From NCBI GenBank assembly GCA_963716985.1, contig OY970323.1, positions 320,001 to 384,000 of the forward strand: a stretch of 64,000 bases of DNA. The letters are read 5' to 3'. The stretch comes from an uncultured bacterium (GTDB taxonomy: Bacteria; Chlamydiota; Chlamydiia; Chlamydiales; SM23-39). Positions 63,229 to 64,000 of this stretch are shown here, in pieces. Numbering within the stretch: position 1 is the first letter of the stretch; the number at the start of each line of letters is the position of its first letter. The position numbers and the translations under genes are program-made. The notes beneath the pieces were generated by a model. It was given only the letters and a program-made list of their open reading frames with translations, had not been told where the DNA came from and searched no databases.

Positions 63229-63340
63229 TTTTAAAATAATTTCTTTACATGTTGTTAAAATAATCTTTACTAGTTGACAAAGAAAAGTTTATTTAATACT
63301 TTTTTCTGTCTTTATCTTTTTCACAGAGGTGGGTCTATGG
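63229..63340 (+). promoter_or_regulatory. Promoter block, copy 2 (TTGACA-17-TACTTT)
   Basis: Homologous to 57717-57828. Confidence 0.7.
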
Positions 63341-63429
63341 GGATGTTGCTGCAACTTGCTCAGCAAAATCTGTTGAAGAGGTAAAGGTCGCAAGGAGTCC
63401 TCTTAAAAGAAATAGAACGGAGATATTCC

Positions 63430-64000
63430 ATGAAAAAAAAAATCATCCTCTTATTAGTTTTAAGCACGATCGGGATTCTTTCTTTTGCCATCTGGAAATT
63501 TTCTTCTCCAAGAAATTCTTGCGCGCTTCCGATTCACTTTTCCTCCGATTTTAATGTTGCCTATGCGACTGTAACGATCGAAGGGCAGACCTACTCTTTA
63601 GCTCTTGATCTTGGCATGGACTCCCAACTGTCTTTGAACAAAGATGTCTTGAAAAAGATCAAGGAAAAACAACCGTGTAACTCCATCGGGTATTATGACG
63701 TAAAAGGAAATCATTATGTGTCGGACAGCTACATCATCCCGGAAATCAAAATTGGAAGGCCGAGAATTTTTAATGTAACGATAAAAGAAGAGAACGAGGA
63801 ATATTTAAAGAATGTCCGTTTTCGATCGCCGAAAGATGAAAAAGCCCAACAGGAATTCGATCGAACCATTGTAGGAAGAATCGGTTCTGAAATGTTTTCC
63901 ATTGAGGGGCCAAGAGCATTATTTCTGGATTTGGGCCGATCGAAGGCTTTTGTCATTAAAGATATCGATCGTTTTCATGAAGACGGATATTCCATCGAGA
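63430..64000 (+). CDS. Aspartyl protease paralog of 58308 (runs off the window)
   Basis: MKKKIILLLV...LPIHF..FNVAYATVTIEGQTYSLALDLGM; absent from the ORF track, presumably because it has no stop in the window. Confidence 0.82.
   Translation, partial: MKKKIILLLVLSTIGILSFAIWKFSSPRNSCALPIHFSSDFNVAYATVTIEGQTYSLALDLGMDSQLSLNKDVLKKIKEKQPCNSIGYYDVKGNHYVSDSYIIPEIKIGRPRIFNVTIKEENEEYLKNVRFRSPKDEKAQQEFDRTIVGRIGSEMFSIEGPRALFLDLGRSKAFVIKDIDRFHEDGYSIE

Overview
This is chromosomal DNA from a member of the phylum Chlamydiota, probably an environmental lineage. The evidence is the chlamydial gene order (secY-rpsM-rpsK-rpoA-rplQ-gapA-grgA without rpsD; dnaJ-rpsU-tsaB-lon-rnz-xerC/ABC-F; cdsZ-rnpB) and a chlamydial-type SWIM-SNF2 gene. 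Core blocks alternate with accessory patches. (1) An island after tRNA-Leu(TAA) carries an AbiE type IV toxin-antitoxin pair, a five-layer nest of mobile-element remnants (IS66, MITE, putative DUF6399-type IS, group II intron 3' end, IS701-like) and an unusual protein with a C-terminal XRE-HTH. (2) Two loci (22.2-25.6 kb and 38.6-40.3 kb) carry the same divergently transcribed pair of small membrane-protein families with a shared upstream sequence. Each locus has tandemly expanded a different partner, and one is bracketed by copies of the 3' end of a TrmH gene. This is the best candidate for an undescribed system. (3) A Fic gene with palindromic operators lies near an IS66-interrupted LRR gene. 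(4) A duplicated protein has tandem caspase-like (clan CD) His/Cys domains, and its second copy is truncated by IS3. (5) A duplicated promoter/small ORF/aspartyl protease unit flanks a split SNF2+SWIM pair. A CIRCE-like operator overlaps the dnaJ promoter. No CRISPR array or rRNA was seen. All family assignments come from motif recognition, not database searches.
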